Shown: positions 13,431 to 39,199 of the stretch, piece after piece
Position numbering within the stretch: the first letter of the stretch is position 1
How the letters are laid out: each line of letters starts with the position of its first letter
NCBI GenBank assembly: GCA_036785375.1
Contig: JAWMAR010000031.1
Span: forward strand, 7,254,001-7,318,000
Length of the DNA: 64,000 nucleotides
Direction: 5' to 3'
DNA from: Leucoraja ocellata
Lineage: Eukaryota
The notes under the pieces: generated by a model
Told to the model about the DNA's origin: nothing
The model's database searches: none
What the model saw: only the letters and a program-made list of their open reading frames with translations
Program-made: the position numbers and the translations under genes

Positions 13431-16400
13431 GTATGAGGAAAAACATATTAACTACACAGCTTCAACATCACAACCTGTGTTTCACTAGTTGCTGAAAGTT
13501 GTTCTTTAAACAGCACCTCATATTCTATTGCGCGCACACGTACAATTAATAAATCCGAACATTTGGGACGAAGAATTAGCAACTTGAAGTGCTTAAGTCC
13601 AAACTTTTTTACCAGTACTTGGCTTTACCTGGTTAACGTAAGCGAGATAAACTTGTAATTACTCTGTGGTTGAATGAAAGGAGGATTTAATTATTGCCAA
13701 CAGCTCTAGTCAGATAAAAATCATCTACGTTTTATATACATGATCAGTCTATTTTTTGTTCCTCTGGGCTATGAAAAACTTTCTTTAGTAATGTGTTATA
13801 ACCCCCTTTCCCTTTGTCTTCTGTGTTTTGAATTACATTTGTAGTCAGTTTACAATCGATGGAGTTCCCCAGATTTTTAGAAAACGCACCATCAGAGCCA
13901 TTACAATACTAGTAAGAAACTTTACAACTTTCAGCAAATTACTGTGCGATTAGAAACCAAGAAAGAGTAGAGGTTATTTCAACATTTCACCTCAATGCTT
14001 GTTTCATTTGTATGGGATTACACTGAGCAATGTTACTGTGGGGCTATTCTTACACAAGTACGAAACGTTGAATAAAATGGAAGTTCCATTTTATGTTTCG
14101 TATTTTTACTGATAATTACTGCATGTGGTTACGACTTCAAACTACTTAAAAAGTACTTAGTTAATTCTGTTTATTACAAAACCTACTTGGTAATCAATTA
14201 TATTGATACCGGCATTAAAACATCAGATTTTACTGTTTACGCCAATCATTTGAATTTTTTTGTAGCTTTGAGCGAAACAGCAATCATAACTTTTTGTGAA
14301 ACTTAGCCACACTTCGCACACTACGGATTATATTATTAATTGTGCAGCTCAAAATATATGCGGAATTTAAGCATCGGGTTGAATTAGTGTGTCAGTGATT
14401 CCGGTGTAATTGGGAGATTGCGTTAAATGCACATACCCATGAGTCTCCAAATTGCAACTGCTTAAAAGTTGGAGTTATGTGTAGCAAGTTTCTATGATGG
14501 GTCGGGAAGAGGGGTAGTGTTGAGGATGAGACACTGGACATGGCGTGTAGCATGAGGAAGTTCTTATGGGATGAGAAGGAGGCATTTTATCACTTAAAAC
14601 GAGGTAACCTCTACTTTAAAAAGTTTGAAAGATGCTGTCAACATTAGTATTAATCATATCCAAAATTACTGAGACATGTCTCTCCATTGTGTAAACGCAA
14701 CAGCAGCTGTTTTTAAAAAATTGCATCTTTTCACCGGGAAACGAAAAATTATCTAAATGACCAAAACACAAGCTCAATTTAGATCAGGTGCTTCTAATGC
14801 GTAAAATATACCATGGGGCAATTGTTAAGATGTGTGTTTGTATTTTGGTCATCACAGATTACAACTTCTTGCGTTATGGACAGTGTAAAATGCAGCAGGT
14901 GGGCAGAGACGTTAAATGCTACCCTTAAAGCATATACCCGGCGAATTTAAAACTAGTAGGGAGACTATTTCAATGCGTATAATCTCAGTTCGGTACATTA
15001 AAGAAATAATATTCCGATTCGATTTTGTCCACCTCATCGAAAACCGGGCATTTGTCTCAAAGGATCCGCGTCTCCTTATGGCTAGACAAAGATTCCCATT
15101 TAATTAAAATGCCAGCAATTGGGGTGTAGGGGTGTAGGGGGGGGGGGGGGGGGGGGTTGTGTAGGGCGGATGGAGTAAATTTCACAACTTTATTTTTTTT
15201 CTCAAATACTTTCATAAAAAGAGACCACGATAGCTATTTGTTTCAAGTTGTTCCTGCTTATCTGTAACATTGATTTGAAGAATTCATTGTCCTTTGATAT
15301 ACTAGCTAATCAGAGGATCATTGAATGGAATTAAAATCTTCTAGGAGCAGAGTATTTGCGCGAAATTCCAAATGAGCCCCCTGGTGAAGAAATAAATACA
15401 TTAAAGTTTAAACGACTTTACAACTAGCCAGTACCATATGGTATGTTATAGTCACCCCAACGTATTATTTAAGCACAACGTAACATGACTAATTGTATGT
15501 TCTTTAAATTAACAGTCCTTTGGTCAATGACAAAATGACACTGTCAGACATTGCCCTGAACGTTGATTATATCAAATAGGAACTCGTTTTAATCGAGAAA
15601 TTGGACATTTTGAGATATTGTATCCCCTCTAACTGAAAATACAACCATTTTAGATAAGTCAAACGACAGGTCCTGAATAAATACTTAATAACTGAATGTG
15701 AGCAGGTAAATGAAAACTTCCCGAAAATCTGAAAGCGAGGTAGTATTGGTTGAAAGTTTATTTTGTGAAACGAAAGTATTAAGCAAAAAACATACACTAG
15801 GTGATAACAGAGTCTATGAACGCGTTATATTAGCTCGATAGACAAGCAATTACATATATAGATATANNNNNNNNNNNNNNNNNNNNNNNNNNNNNNNNNN
15901 NNNNNNNNNNNNNNNNNNNNNNNNNNNNNNNNNNNNNNNNNNNNNNNNNNNNNNNNNNNNNNNNNNNNNNNNNNNNNNNNNNNNNNNNNNNNNNNNNNTG
16001 TTTACCTCGCTTTAGCCGCAATGTTGACCGTGATTCTCCCACAAGATGAGGGTGGAAATTATTTTCATCGAGTATCAAAGGATTTGATCTTTTGGAGCGA
16101 GATATCTTGAAACGGTTGATATTTCGGATCTTCTAGTTAAAGACAATAGGTCTTGATGACATCTTTATCCCGGAGCTCCACCAAAAATGGTAATGAAGAT
16201 TAATTGAAGACGACGCCTAAATCTAACCACGCAGATTACCTGTGTTGAGTTTTAACTTTACACACTTGGAAGAAAGACCTTGCGTCTCAATTCATAATTC
16301 ATGGTCAATTAGCTATTTATTATGATAATAACTTTTAACAAAACGTAGCAAAACGATTAGCAAGACGGCGCAGATTCGAAATACTTTGCTTATAAGTCAC

Positions 16401-17199
16401 TGGTTATCAGTGGTCTTAAATAGGTAAGTAGCTAAATAGCTAAACAACAACCTGATTTCCACATCAATTGACCGTAAACCCACACTTTACTTGCTTGTTA
16501 TTTAAAGCCTGGAAATATCAAAGAGAGGTAAATTTCGAATGAGGCTCTCCGGAACAGACCTAGTGTTTGATCAGGATTCCGCAGAAGGCAGCCACCGAAA
16601 TCATCTGATTAACAACGCGTTTTAGCACTGCTTCATTCCGCCGTGGTTATAGTCCTAAAGTCTACTAGAAATAAATTGCATGATGATAAAAAAAACCCGG
16701 AATTTCTTTACCTGCTCCATCTGAACTTCCCCGGGGAGATGGTGTAAAAATAGCAAGGGTAATGAAATTGCTGTCAGTTCGTAATCTATTTAAGCACACC
16801 CATTGTAAAATGCTAAATCCATTTATTTATTGGACCACAACAAGAAAGGAAGTTGGGTGCTTGATGCACAGAGGAGTATGACATTAACAGCTGTTTGGAT
16901 TTAAAAAAATACACATGTATTGTATTTATTATTATGGCGAGGATTTCATTAACTTGGTAAAAAAAAATACACTTCATCTATGCCAGTTGTTCTTATTAAA
17001 AAGTAAAAACTGTACTTTAAACAATTGAACCTCCTACGTTTCAATGAGATTATGAGTCTCTTGGGGAAGTTTCGTCGTATAACCTAAACACTGAATCATC
17101 ATCTGTTGGGGAAAGAGTTTCTGCGCATTAACACGATGGCCGATAAGTCAAGATTTAACAATTTGGGATTCCAATTCAATATAACAAATGGCCCGATGT

Positions 17200-17497
17200 G
17201 CATGTACAAGGTGCCGTGCACCTCACAATGTATTTATGTTGACGTCCATTTCAGTCGACAGGGCAAAGCTCTGTACCTGTGTCCATTGGAGCAGTAATGC
17301 GGTAGCATGAGTGTTTGGCTGGCGTTCATATGCTAATTGGGCTGTTATTAGCAAGTTACTAAAGAGCTGAGAGGGGAACTCGATCGACCATTAGAGGGAG
17401 ATCTCAGAGCACATACGGAGCTCTAAACCAACACACACTCTCTGTACAGGACTGTCCGCTTTCTGATACACCCAGCCAGCCACTTTTGCACCAATCC
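17200..17497 (+). promoter_or_regulatory. Probable promoter/5' UTR of exon 1a, with octamer-like ATGCTAAT (17330-17337) overlapping an inverted CCAAT
   Basis: Immediately upstream of exon 1a; motifs read directly. An octamer element is described in mammalian AP-2 alpha promoters (recalled). Confidence 0.55.
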
Positions 17498-30552
<13,055 letters not shown>

Positions 30553-31880
30553 TCGAATAGCAAACGCACAACTTCCTAAAAAGGAACAAAAACATTAAAA
30601 AAATTGTCATATAGGTGTGACTGTTTCCCCCTCAACCTGGAACTCGGAGTCTGAGTGAGAAGAGAAGGCGATGAAGAATTTTGAACTGCTTTTTGGGAGG
30701 AAAAAAAAACAGATCAGAGTTTCTAAAACTTTTTACCGAGTTAAACCTTCATCCATCAGACTGCATCTTGATTGACATATCCCCGTTGTTTAAGTCTGTT
30801 AAGATTGTAGTCACAATCATTTAAAGAAGGTAACGAAAGCTCATTTTATCAGTATTGTAAGTAAACTCGAGCAGTTCATGCTGTCATAACTATCGTTGTT
30901 GAAAACAAATCCTCTAAGGTATTGGTCAATTCCACAACTATTGCAAGTTGCAGTTCACGATATAATAAGGGAAACAGTGTTCATGTATGTATATATTTAT
31001 TTATGTGTAATTTAATGGGAATTGTAAATATGGTGCGTCCGTTTAAACCTTTATTTTATTTATCTGGTGATATCGTTTATCTCCTGTTAGTGGGTTTTAA
31101 TCTTCATCAAACACAGTAGATCTTTCCGTGATTTTATGGTACTTAGAAAGATATCGGGGGAACCCTGGGAAACACATTTTAGCTCTCTGTAGCATGTTGT
31201 GGCGATAAGCAGTTGAACAGAATCCAAAAGAGAGGGGGGAGAAACGAGTTTTATATAAGCATCGAATTTAGTTTATAATACCACAGAAATTCGAATTTAA
31301 GAATAATACCTACTTTTTTTTATAAAAAGCATCTGTGATGTTTTTTTGTGTTTTAAAATATCCCATGTGTTGTGACAAAGGAATTATCTGACACTATGTC
31401 TTCTTTCCCTACTGAAAAAACCAGAGCAATAAACTGATATTGTCTATAGAACGGTTTAGTATTTTATTGTTGATCTGACAGCATTTGGGACGAGCTGATA
31501 TCTTGTATGACCGGTGGCTAAATTGGAAACAGTTTTTAGCTGTATTATATAGAGTTGTGTTGGCAATAGTTTACATGCCTGTCGATGTATCATAGTCCTT
31601 TGTTACCCAGAAAAATAAATATTTGATACGCTTTATGTCGATTTTTTTTATTCAGTGGCTCTCTGTTGCCCAGGCGTATTTTTACTTGGCAGTATTTTCC
31701 TGCAGCCTTTCTGTATGGCTTGCAGTAATTGGGTTTAACTCTCCCTTGACAATTGCTCCCCTGCAATAAGCAGCTGAACCCATTGTTTCCCTCAAGTATA
31801 ATAAAAAAAACTTGAACTTCAAGTTAGAGTTGAACAGGCTTGCTCTGCTACTTTATTGAGCCGTAATCAAAATAAATGAT
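30553..31880 (+). other. tfap2a: tfap2a 3' UTR with several AATAAA polyadenylation signals (31428, 31614, 31800, 31871)
   Basis: AU-rich, repeat-free sequence after the stop codon; four AATAAA hexamers, with U/GU-rich tracts after 31614. The true end is not determinable from sequence. Confidence 0.7.
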
Positions 31881-31883
31881 AAA

Positions 31884-31968
31884 GAGGTGGCGGTGGTGGG
31901 TTGGGAGGGCGGGGGTGGCGGCCAGGGGTTGGCCGGGCGGGGGGCGGGCAGGGGGTGGAGAGGGGAGT
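31884..31968 (+). other. G-rich tract (G-quadruplex capable) just downstream of the polyA signals
   Basis: More than 8 runs of GGG or longer within ~85 nt. Confidence 0.6.
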
Positions 31969-34900
31969 GCACCGTTCAGGTCTTTAATGCCCTTGAATAA
32001 TGTACCTAATGATGTGACAAGTCACTAAATAAACTTCGTAGATTTCCATGACACTGTGGTTATAAAATGCCGGATCTGCCGTTTAACTCGTTAACACTCT
32101 GCTTTCTTAATGACAGTGGGGGCTTTTTGGATAATGATCATAATTGTAATATTTTCTAGCGGACTTGAATGGAGACGTGTTGAGAGATACTGGTATGTTG
32201 TTTACAGCCTGCGTTAAGAAGTCGATTTACCGACCAACACCTTCCATCCCCACCCACATTCAATGCATTATGTTTCTTTTTCATTGCTATGGTGCAGTGC
32301 AGCCAATAGATTTAAAACAATAAGGTTAAAAGCGACATTACCCTTTTTATATTGAATTTTACAGGCTTGGCGATTCGTGAATGAAGTAATGTGCGTGGCG
32401 TGCGCACAATAATTTCTCAACTAAGAGATGGAATAAATCTGTGAGATGAGATAAGTTTCACGTATGGCATATAACAGGGTCGTTTGGTTCTTGTTAACTG
32501 CGATTTTTAATTGTTGTCAAGTGGCAGTCCGTTTTACAGTATACTAAACGCACGGGAAATCATAGCCGGAGAACCCGCCCCCCACCTCCTCTGTCCAGCT
32601 CTGTGTTTGTTTGACATGAAATGAAATGCGCAATGCTAGCAGGTGAGGTGAAGCGTTGTCTATCAGAGCTGTTCCTGGCCGGGTCTCAGAATGTGTGTGG
32701 GATACTGTACTTACCCAGGGCACAATTTAGAGACATTATTTCAAGTCCGCTCTTTATACAGGGGAAGAGACACAAAACTATCAAACAAAGTAAAGCATAT
32801 TTATTAAATTCCGAATGCAACGTCAAAGATGTAACTGCCCGAGAAGTGGATCTTAATTTTAAATAACGTTAGTGTGGCAAAACGAATGACTTCCAGTTGG
32901 TTGTGACGATCATGAGATTTTACAGGAATTATTAAACCTGTTCAAGCAATGCAGTTTAATCTTGCAAACATATTAAAGTTTTTAAAAAGTTAGAAAGCGA
33001 AGACTATGAAGCACAATTTTGCCACGTTGAATATGTCTTTATGTTGTTGAATCGTATGCTGCCAATATCGTCTCAATCGCTATACATTAATATTAATGAT
33101 AACTGCCTGGTAAAACCCCAAATCTAATCAATCCATTTTGCCTTGCTGTGGTAATAGTATTGTTTAAAAAAAGATGGACCTTGTTTAGACATTTCCCGGA
33201 ATATTTTACCCGTGATATTAATGTACTGCTGCCTCAGTATATTGAACCAAAGAGAGCTCCTTAAGTTAAATAACCCCCAGTATTTGTCCCAGTTTTCTTC
33301 GTTGACTTCTCGTGAGAGTTTTCCTGCCAGGAATTGCCTTTGATAAGAGCTGCGATTTGCTAATGGGGGTTCCTAGTGGGATGATCAGATGTCTCTCTCT
33401 GGCAGAAATGCGTGCACGCCTTTCGACTGAAAAAAAAACTTACTGGCCGCTGTTATCTAACAATACTGTGTGTGTTTACGGGGAGGGTTAGGGTTAATTA
33501 GCGCCATTATCAATCATTAATGCTTGCCTAACATGTCTGAGGTATAATCAGGTTTAGAAGACTGGAATCGACATCTGCTTCGTTCCAATTAAATATTTCA
33601 TGCTAAATCATTTATTACATACACAGCCTACCTTCCCCAAAGAGGCCGGTTGTTATTGTATCTGAATTAAAAATAAAGGCCATTTAACCATAAAATAGGA
33701 ACCTCACCCTTGGGGTGTTATCATAAAGTCAAATTGCCACAAAGCAATCTGAACAGCAACGATATCATTTCTGAAATGATTCTTTAGCATTAAAGTAGTT
33801 TTAGTAAAAGTCAGCGATGCTGAGAAGATTTTTAAGGATTAGTCTGCAGAAAAACGATCTGTCGACTGCTGGGCGAAGTGGGGGCAATAATAGTGAAATA
33901 GTTATCAACCCAAGGACGTCTCGGAATCAACTGCATGCGGGTCTCCAACTTTCTGGGTCACTAACTCTTTCTATCTAGTCTACTCACGCCCCCGACCCCA
34001 CCTCACCCCTACTGCAGCGTCTGTTTAGACGAACAAAAATGTCCCAAAAAATGCAGAGAAATAGAAAGAACAGGTCAAAAATATCGTTCCTAATTATTTG
34101 TGACTGATTAAACAAACATCGGAGCGACCCTCTCGCTTGCAATGGTTAAAATGAAAGAAGGGGGCACTCATTCAAAACATCAAGAAATCAAATATTTTAT
34201 AACGCCCAACTGTCTAGAGTGAACGACGGACTCGTGTGATCTGTAACAAATAATCCCGGGTTACAAGGATTTGGAGCCATCGCTAACCAGAAGAGACGTG
34301 GCGCTGTAGCGTTTGTCCTTGCGTTTAATCAAGTTACCCTGCCCAGAGAATATTCGAATTAACGACCATCCAACACTTAGACAACCTAGCGCTGTAAAGT
34401 GCGAGAAAACACGTTACATTTTCGGTTGCGAGATTTGATTAAGGATTAAAATCCCAAATGAGTTAATTTCGTTTTCGCTTTACAGATGCTGACTGACTAG
34501 TGATGCAATCTTAACGCTCTTATATATAGATTTAGCTTTCCTTTTAATGATGAAGCCTGATGCCTTCATGGGTCGGAACTAGATTGCGGATATCAGAAAG
34601 TGAAAAACGCCAAATACGTTCGATTGTTTGTTGTCCTTCAAGCGCCTTGCTCATTCCTCTCTCCTGCATTCCCAATTAAATGCACAATCTGTGCTGGTGT
34701 GCGTGTCCCAGTTTAAATAAAGTATATTGCGTGTTCCTTCTGCGCACCTGCGAGTGCGAACGGTAGCTTTATGAGGGGTTGGTTGGTGCAAATGTATTTC
34801 TGGCAACGTTGACAGTGTGGCAAAGTAGCGTGCTGAAGTTTGAGGGGTCGCGGTCTGAGGTGTTAAGTGTGTAATCTGTGTTTCTTTATTTGTAGCCTCG

Positions 34901-35698
34901 GTGCCCTGGATACAGGTTGGTGCATTTTATTTTTGACAGGCAAATTAACAGTTACGATTCAGTGCTTTAGTCTTCGTTTGGACAATACTTGGTTAACTCG
35001 TTTCGACTCTTGGTTGCGTTCAGTAATCTCTTGCATTGTGAGTTTGGATTCCATTCGGATCAATATACTGGTGGTCAATTCAGGTCAATATTTAACCACC
35101 TGTTCAAGGCTTCTCTGGGTGATCTTGCCTGTGTCTTCTTAAATCTTGCGTGGATTCCATGGTCCTTGTTAAAAACGAAAGATCTTGAAATTAGTTGTTT
35201 CGTTCAGAGGTTCGGGTTTACCATCTCCGTGTCATCCCATTGATCAAATCTACTAATTAGGATATAGATGGTGAATATCCAACCTATACTTGTCCCCCAG
35301 ATTGAATACAATGGTGGCAAACTGGTTGGTAGGCAGGACGTTTTGTTTACTGGTAGCATTGTGATAAATAGTTTAGAAGATGCGAATGCTAATATGAGTG
35401 AAACAGCGGCTCCCATCTAACCTTTATGGTGGAGGGAACAGAAAGTATCTAACCCATGTTGTAAAAGCTCTGGGGGTTTTGATGGGAAAATATAGAGGCT
35501 GAAGAAGGGTCACCTATTCCTTCTCTCCAGAGATGCCTGTCCCGCTGAGTCATCACAGTGAGGAAATGTTGGAGATTCACTGTGATAGATGTTTGTGTAA
35601 ACTGTGTTAAGTGTGGGTCTTGTTTTTTTTTTGTAATGTTAAGACGGCAGAAAATGCAATTTTGGTCAGACCAAGCTGTTTGAATGACAATAAAAGGC

Positions 35699-35752
35699 AT
35701 TCTATTCTATTCTATTCTATTCTATTCTATTCTATTCTATTCTATTCTATTC
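35699..35752. repeat. (ATTCT)n microsatellite
   Basis: Directly visible. Confidence 0.95.
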
Positions 35753-35948
35753 TGGCATTTTTTGTCTATCATTTTTTGTCTATCTATAGTCATCTAATTA
35801 TTTTTCCATCCCCACCATTCATTCCATCTCCCATTTTTTTTTACAAAATCACTTTGTTTAATCCCATCTCCCGAAAACAAGCCCAGAAAGCATCAAGGGT
35901 GCACCCCATCAGTCAAAGAAAGTTTGAAGTGTACAAGTTTCCATAGAC

Positions 35949-36135
35949 GGTACACAAAAAAGCTGGAGAAACTCAGCGGGTGCAGCAGCATCTCTGGAGC
36001 GAAGGAGATAGGCAACGTTTCGGCCCGAAACGTTGCCTATTTCCTTCGCTCCATAGATGCTGCTGCACCCGCTGAGTTTCTCCAGCTTTTTTGTATACCT
36101 TCGATTTTCCAGCATCTGCAGTTTCTTCTTAAACA
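35949..36135. mobile_element. Penelope-derived near-perfect palindrome (75-bp arms, 1-nt centre at 36024) plus 3' tail
   Basis: 35949-36023 is the reverse complement of 36025-36099 with 3 mismatches; the ORF track shows near-identical peptides on both strands. Confidence 0.9.
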
Positions 36136-37217
36136 AGTTTATATAGACCTTGGACTGACTTTTCGGACTTTAACATAGATCAACAAGATCATACAGTCTT
36201 TTAATATGTCAATTAAAATGAACACTTTGTGTAATATATATAATTAACGGAGATATGGTCCCACATGAAAATTCTGTAGGTGACATTTTCAAAGTAGATT
36301 GGGATATGCAAAAAAAAAAATCCGAAATATGTATCCCATCCCTGCCATTATCGAAGGTTATTTGTAATCTTCTTGATAGACCAGCAGAAGATTTATCCCA
36401 GCCATGCCAAACCAATTGGGGTAGTTCTGCATCAGTGACTTGCCACAGTCAATGTCACTATTATAGTGCAACGTGATATATTAACATTTAGTTTGAACAT
36501 TTAATTTGTGTTAGCTCCAAATTGTAGAATAACGTGGATTTAATGAAGGTCAGTGGCACAAGGAAGGTAGAGTGTGAGGCTACTGGTGAGTGAGATGTTG
36601 AGAATGAAGTTACAAACATTACACTCATATTGATCTGACATAGATAGTATGTACAAAATGGAGCACCCATTTTTGCCTCCTCACTTCCTCACCTCGTTTT
36701 CATTCTCCTGCACTTGCTCATCAGTGAAATCATGCAGTAAGTGGCAAGGAATGTCCCCTCATGGTGGCAAGGTGGAAGAACATACAATAGCCAACTGTGT
36801 GGTTTGATGCTGAATACAGTAGAGTCCATACAGTCGGACCAAATTCCTATTTTGCATGGCTGTTGGTGTGTGCTTGTTGCCTGTATAGCATTACAAAATG
36901 TATCATCCACTTCATCAGTAGATAGCTTTTGACCCATAGTGATAGCTGGGCCAAAATAGTATGTCGAAGGAATGAAATCCGGTTAAATTATAATGCAAAG
37001 CTGATGTAAATTTGCCCATAAAGTAGTCTCCGTGAAAATACCTTGTGTTCTAACATGGTAGATCTTAGCAACATAAGCATTTATTGACATAGTCATCTTA
37101 ACAAAAGTTGGCAATGCAGTCTCTGTCCCGCACCAAAATTGCAATTCCAGCTGGAACAGGTGGAAGGTTCATTGAACATGGATGTCTTACATTGTTCCTC
37201 ATAATGGTTTGGTTCAA

Positions 37218-37681
37218 AGAGACTAAGCGGGGAGACTAAGCGGTTGGGCGATCGTTTCGCCGAACACCTCCGCTCAGTCTGCAATAACCTACCTGAACTC
37301 CCGGTGGCTCAGCACTTCAACTCCCCCTCCCATTCCCAATCCGACTTCTCTGTCCTGGGTCTCCTCCATTGCCAGAGTGAGCAACACCGGAAATTGGAGG
37401 AACAGCACCTCATATTCCGCCTGGGTAGCCTGCGTCCTGATGGCATGAACGTTGAATTCTCCCAATTTTGCTAGCCCTTGCTGTCTCCTCCCCTTCCTTA
37501 ACCCTCGAACTGTCTCCTCCCATCCCCCCGCCCTCGGGCTCCTCCTCCTCCCTTTTTCCTTCCTTCTCCCCCCCCACCCCCCATCAGTCTGAAGAAGGGT
37601 TTCGGCCAGAAACGTCGCCTATTTCCTTCGCTCCATAGATGCTGCTGCACCCGCTGAGTTTCTCCAGCAATTTTGTGTACC
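37218..37681 (+). mobile_element. Penelope-like element 3' fragment: GIY-YIG endonuclease C-terminus and 3' UTR with hammerhead motif
   Basis: GETKR-LGDRFAEHLRSV...VAQHFN...RKLEEQHLIFRLGSLRPDGMN is the Penelope GIY-YIG C-terminal signature; TSD TTGGTTCAA at 37209-37217 and 37682-37690. Confidence 0.85.
37584..37622 (+). ncRNA. Minimal type I hammerhead ribozyme-like motif in the Penelope 3' UTR
   Basis: CUGAAGA (37589-37595), A, GGGU-UUCG-GCCA stem-loop II, GAAA (37609-37612), CGUC cleavage triplet. Stem I is only ~2 bp, so activity is uncertain. Confidence 0.55.
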
Positions 37682-37823
37682 TTGGTTCAACAGAGTTGTT
37701 CTGTGAAAATGCTAAGTGGAATGACCTCCTGTCTGAGAATATTTCTTCTCCCCTCATTCTCATTAATTCCAATGTCCTGTTCCCAGTACCCGATGGTCAT
37801 TCTCCCAGACATGTTTTGTTCCC

Positions 37824-38312
37824 AATAATAATAATAATAATAATAATAATATATTTTATTGTCATTGCACATAAACGCAACGAGATTTGGTATGCAGCTT
37901 CCATCTGATGTCATAACATAAATAACTAATAACATTTGGATTTAGATACCCCGAGAACATGGTTTGTAAAACGACCAGTAAAATAGTCAAAACAGTTCAA
38001 CAGACTAAAGTGCAGATGTGTCTGTGCGACGTGACCATCCGAGGGCGACAGTCCAGGGGGGATGGGGGGCACTCAGCAGGGCCGGTTCAGAGCCGCTGTA
38101 GCTCTGGGAATGAAGCTGTTCCTGAGTCTAGAGGTTCGGGCGTAGAAGGCCTTGTAACGTCTGCCGGAGGGAAGTAGTTCGAACAGTCCATTACAAGGGT
38201 GTGATGAGTCTTTATGGATGCTGACGGCCTTCCTGAGGCACCGTGTGTGGTAGATGCCCTCCAAGGCTGGTAGCTGTGTCCCAATAATCCTCTGCGCTCT
38301 GTGGACGACGTT
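37824..38312 (-). mobile_element. Rex-Babar LINE 3' end with (TTA)n tail
   Basis: IYHTRCLRKAVSIHKDSSHPCNGLFELLPSGRRY...TSRLRNSFIPRA; (TAA)n at 37824-37850. Confidence 0.85.
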
Positions 38313-39199
38313 CCTAATGAAATGTACACCAGGGCAGGTAGTTTATTCAGAAATCACAAATGCAACCTCAATTCTTCAAACCTGCCACATCTCTCCCAAA
38401 GGAATAAAAACAGCGAATGCCGGAAATACTCAGCCGGCCAGGCAGCATCTGTGGAGAAAGGAACAGAGCAGGGCATTTCATCAGATGTCTTCTCATGACT
38501 TCCATAATTTGAAACAACTACAGAATGCAAAAACACTTGTGGAGATGTGCCAGGACCAGATGAATTCAATCAATAACAAAACTGTAAGTGATATTGGCAT
38601 GAGTTCTGGCTATTGAATATGTTAGGTTAATGATGGGCATTGGTTAGAGCACTGTGTTTAAGATGGCAGCCCTGGAGATGTATTGGCATATTGTTTCTGT
38701 TTTGTATTAGCTTTCCACACCGATTTAAGGCTGATCTGTTTCCCTGCATTCTTCCAATGGATGCCCATTGAGCATATACAGATCACATTACTAACATGGT
38801 ACCTGGTACAATTTGCCGAGCAAGTACTTGTGTGCTGCCAATGAGAGTTTGGACCTCTTGATGTATGGCTATGATCCCAATTAACTGCTCAATCTATTTT
38901 AGATTTAACTGAGAAAGAAAATGTTGACCTACACATTGGGGAAAACGCTGCTCTTCTTTGAAGATCAGCACCTCTGATAATGACACATGTTAAGTATTGC
39001 AAGCTGCCAGCCTGCATTAACCGTTCACACTGAATAATAGAGCTTAGTTCAACACCTGAACCTGACTCCTACTGCTGAGCCAAACCAATACTTATATTAA
39101 CAGAATCATTCTCACACTACTAGTCCTGCAAAAAAACATAGACTTTGCCTTAATGACTCATGCTTCCAAGAATCTGTGCTGGAATCACTTAAAAGTGCC

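Noticed and set aside
33520-33540. p53/p63-like site TGCTTGCCTAACATGTCT
   Set aside because: The CWWG cores are 5 nt apart, not the canonical 6.
36689-37090. Coding-looking stretch, possibly a neighbouring-gene exon or transposase relic
   Set aside because: No recognisable motif or splice-consistent frame.
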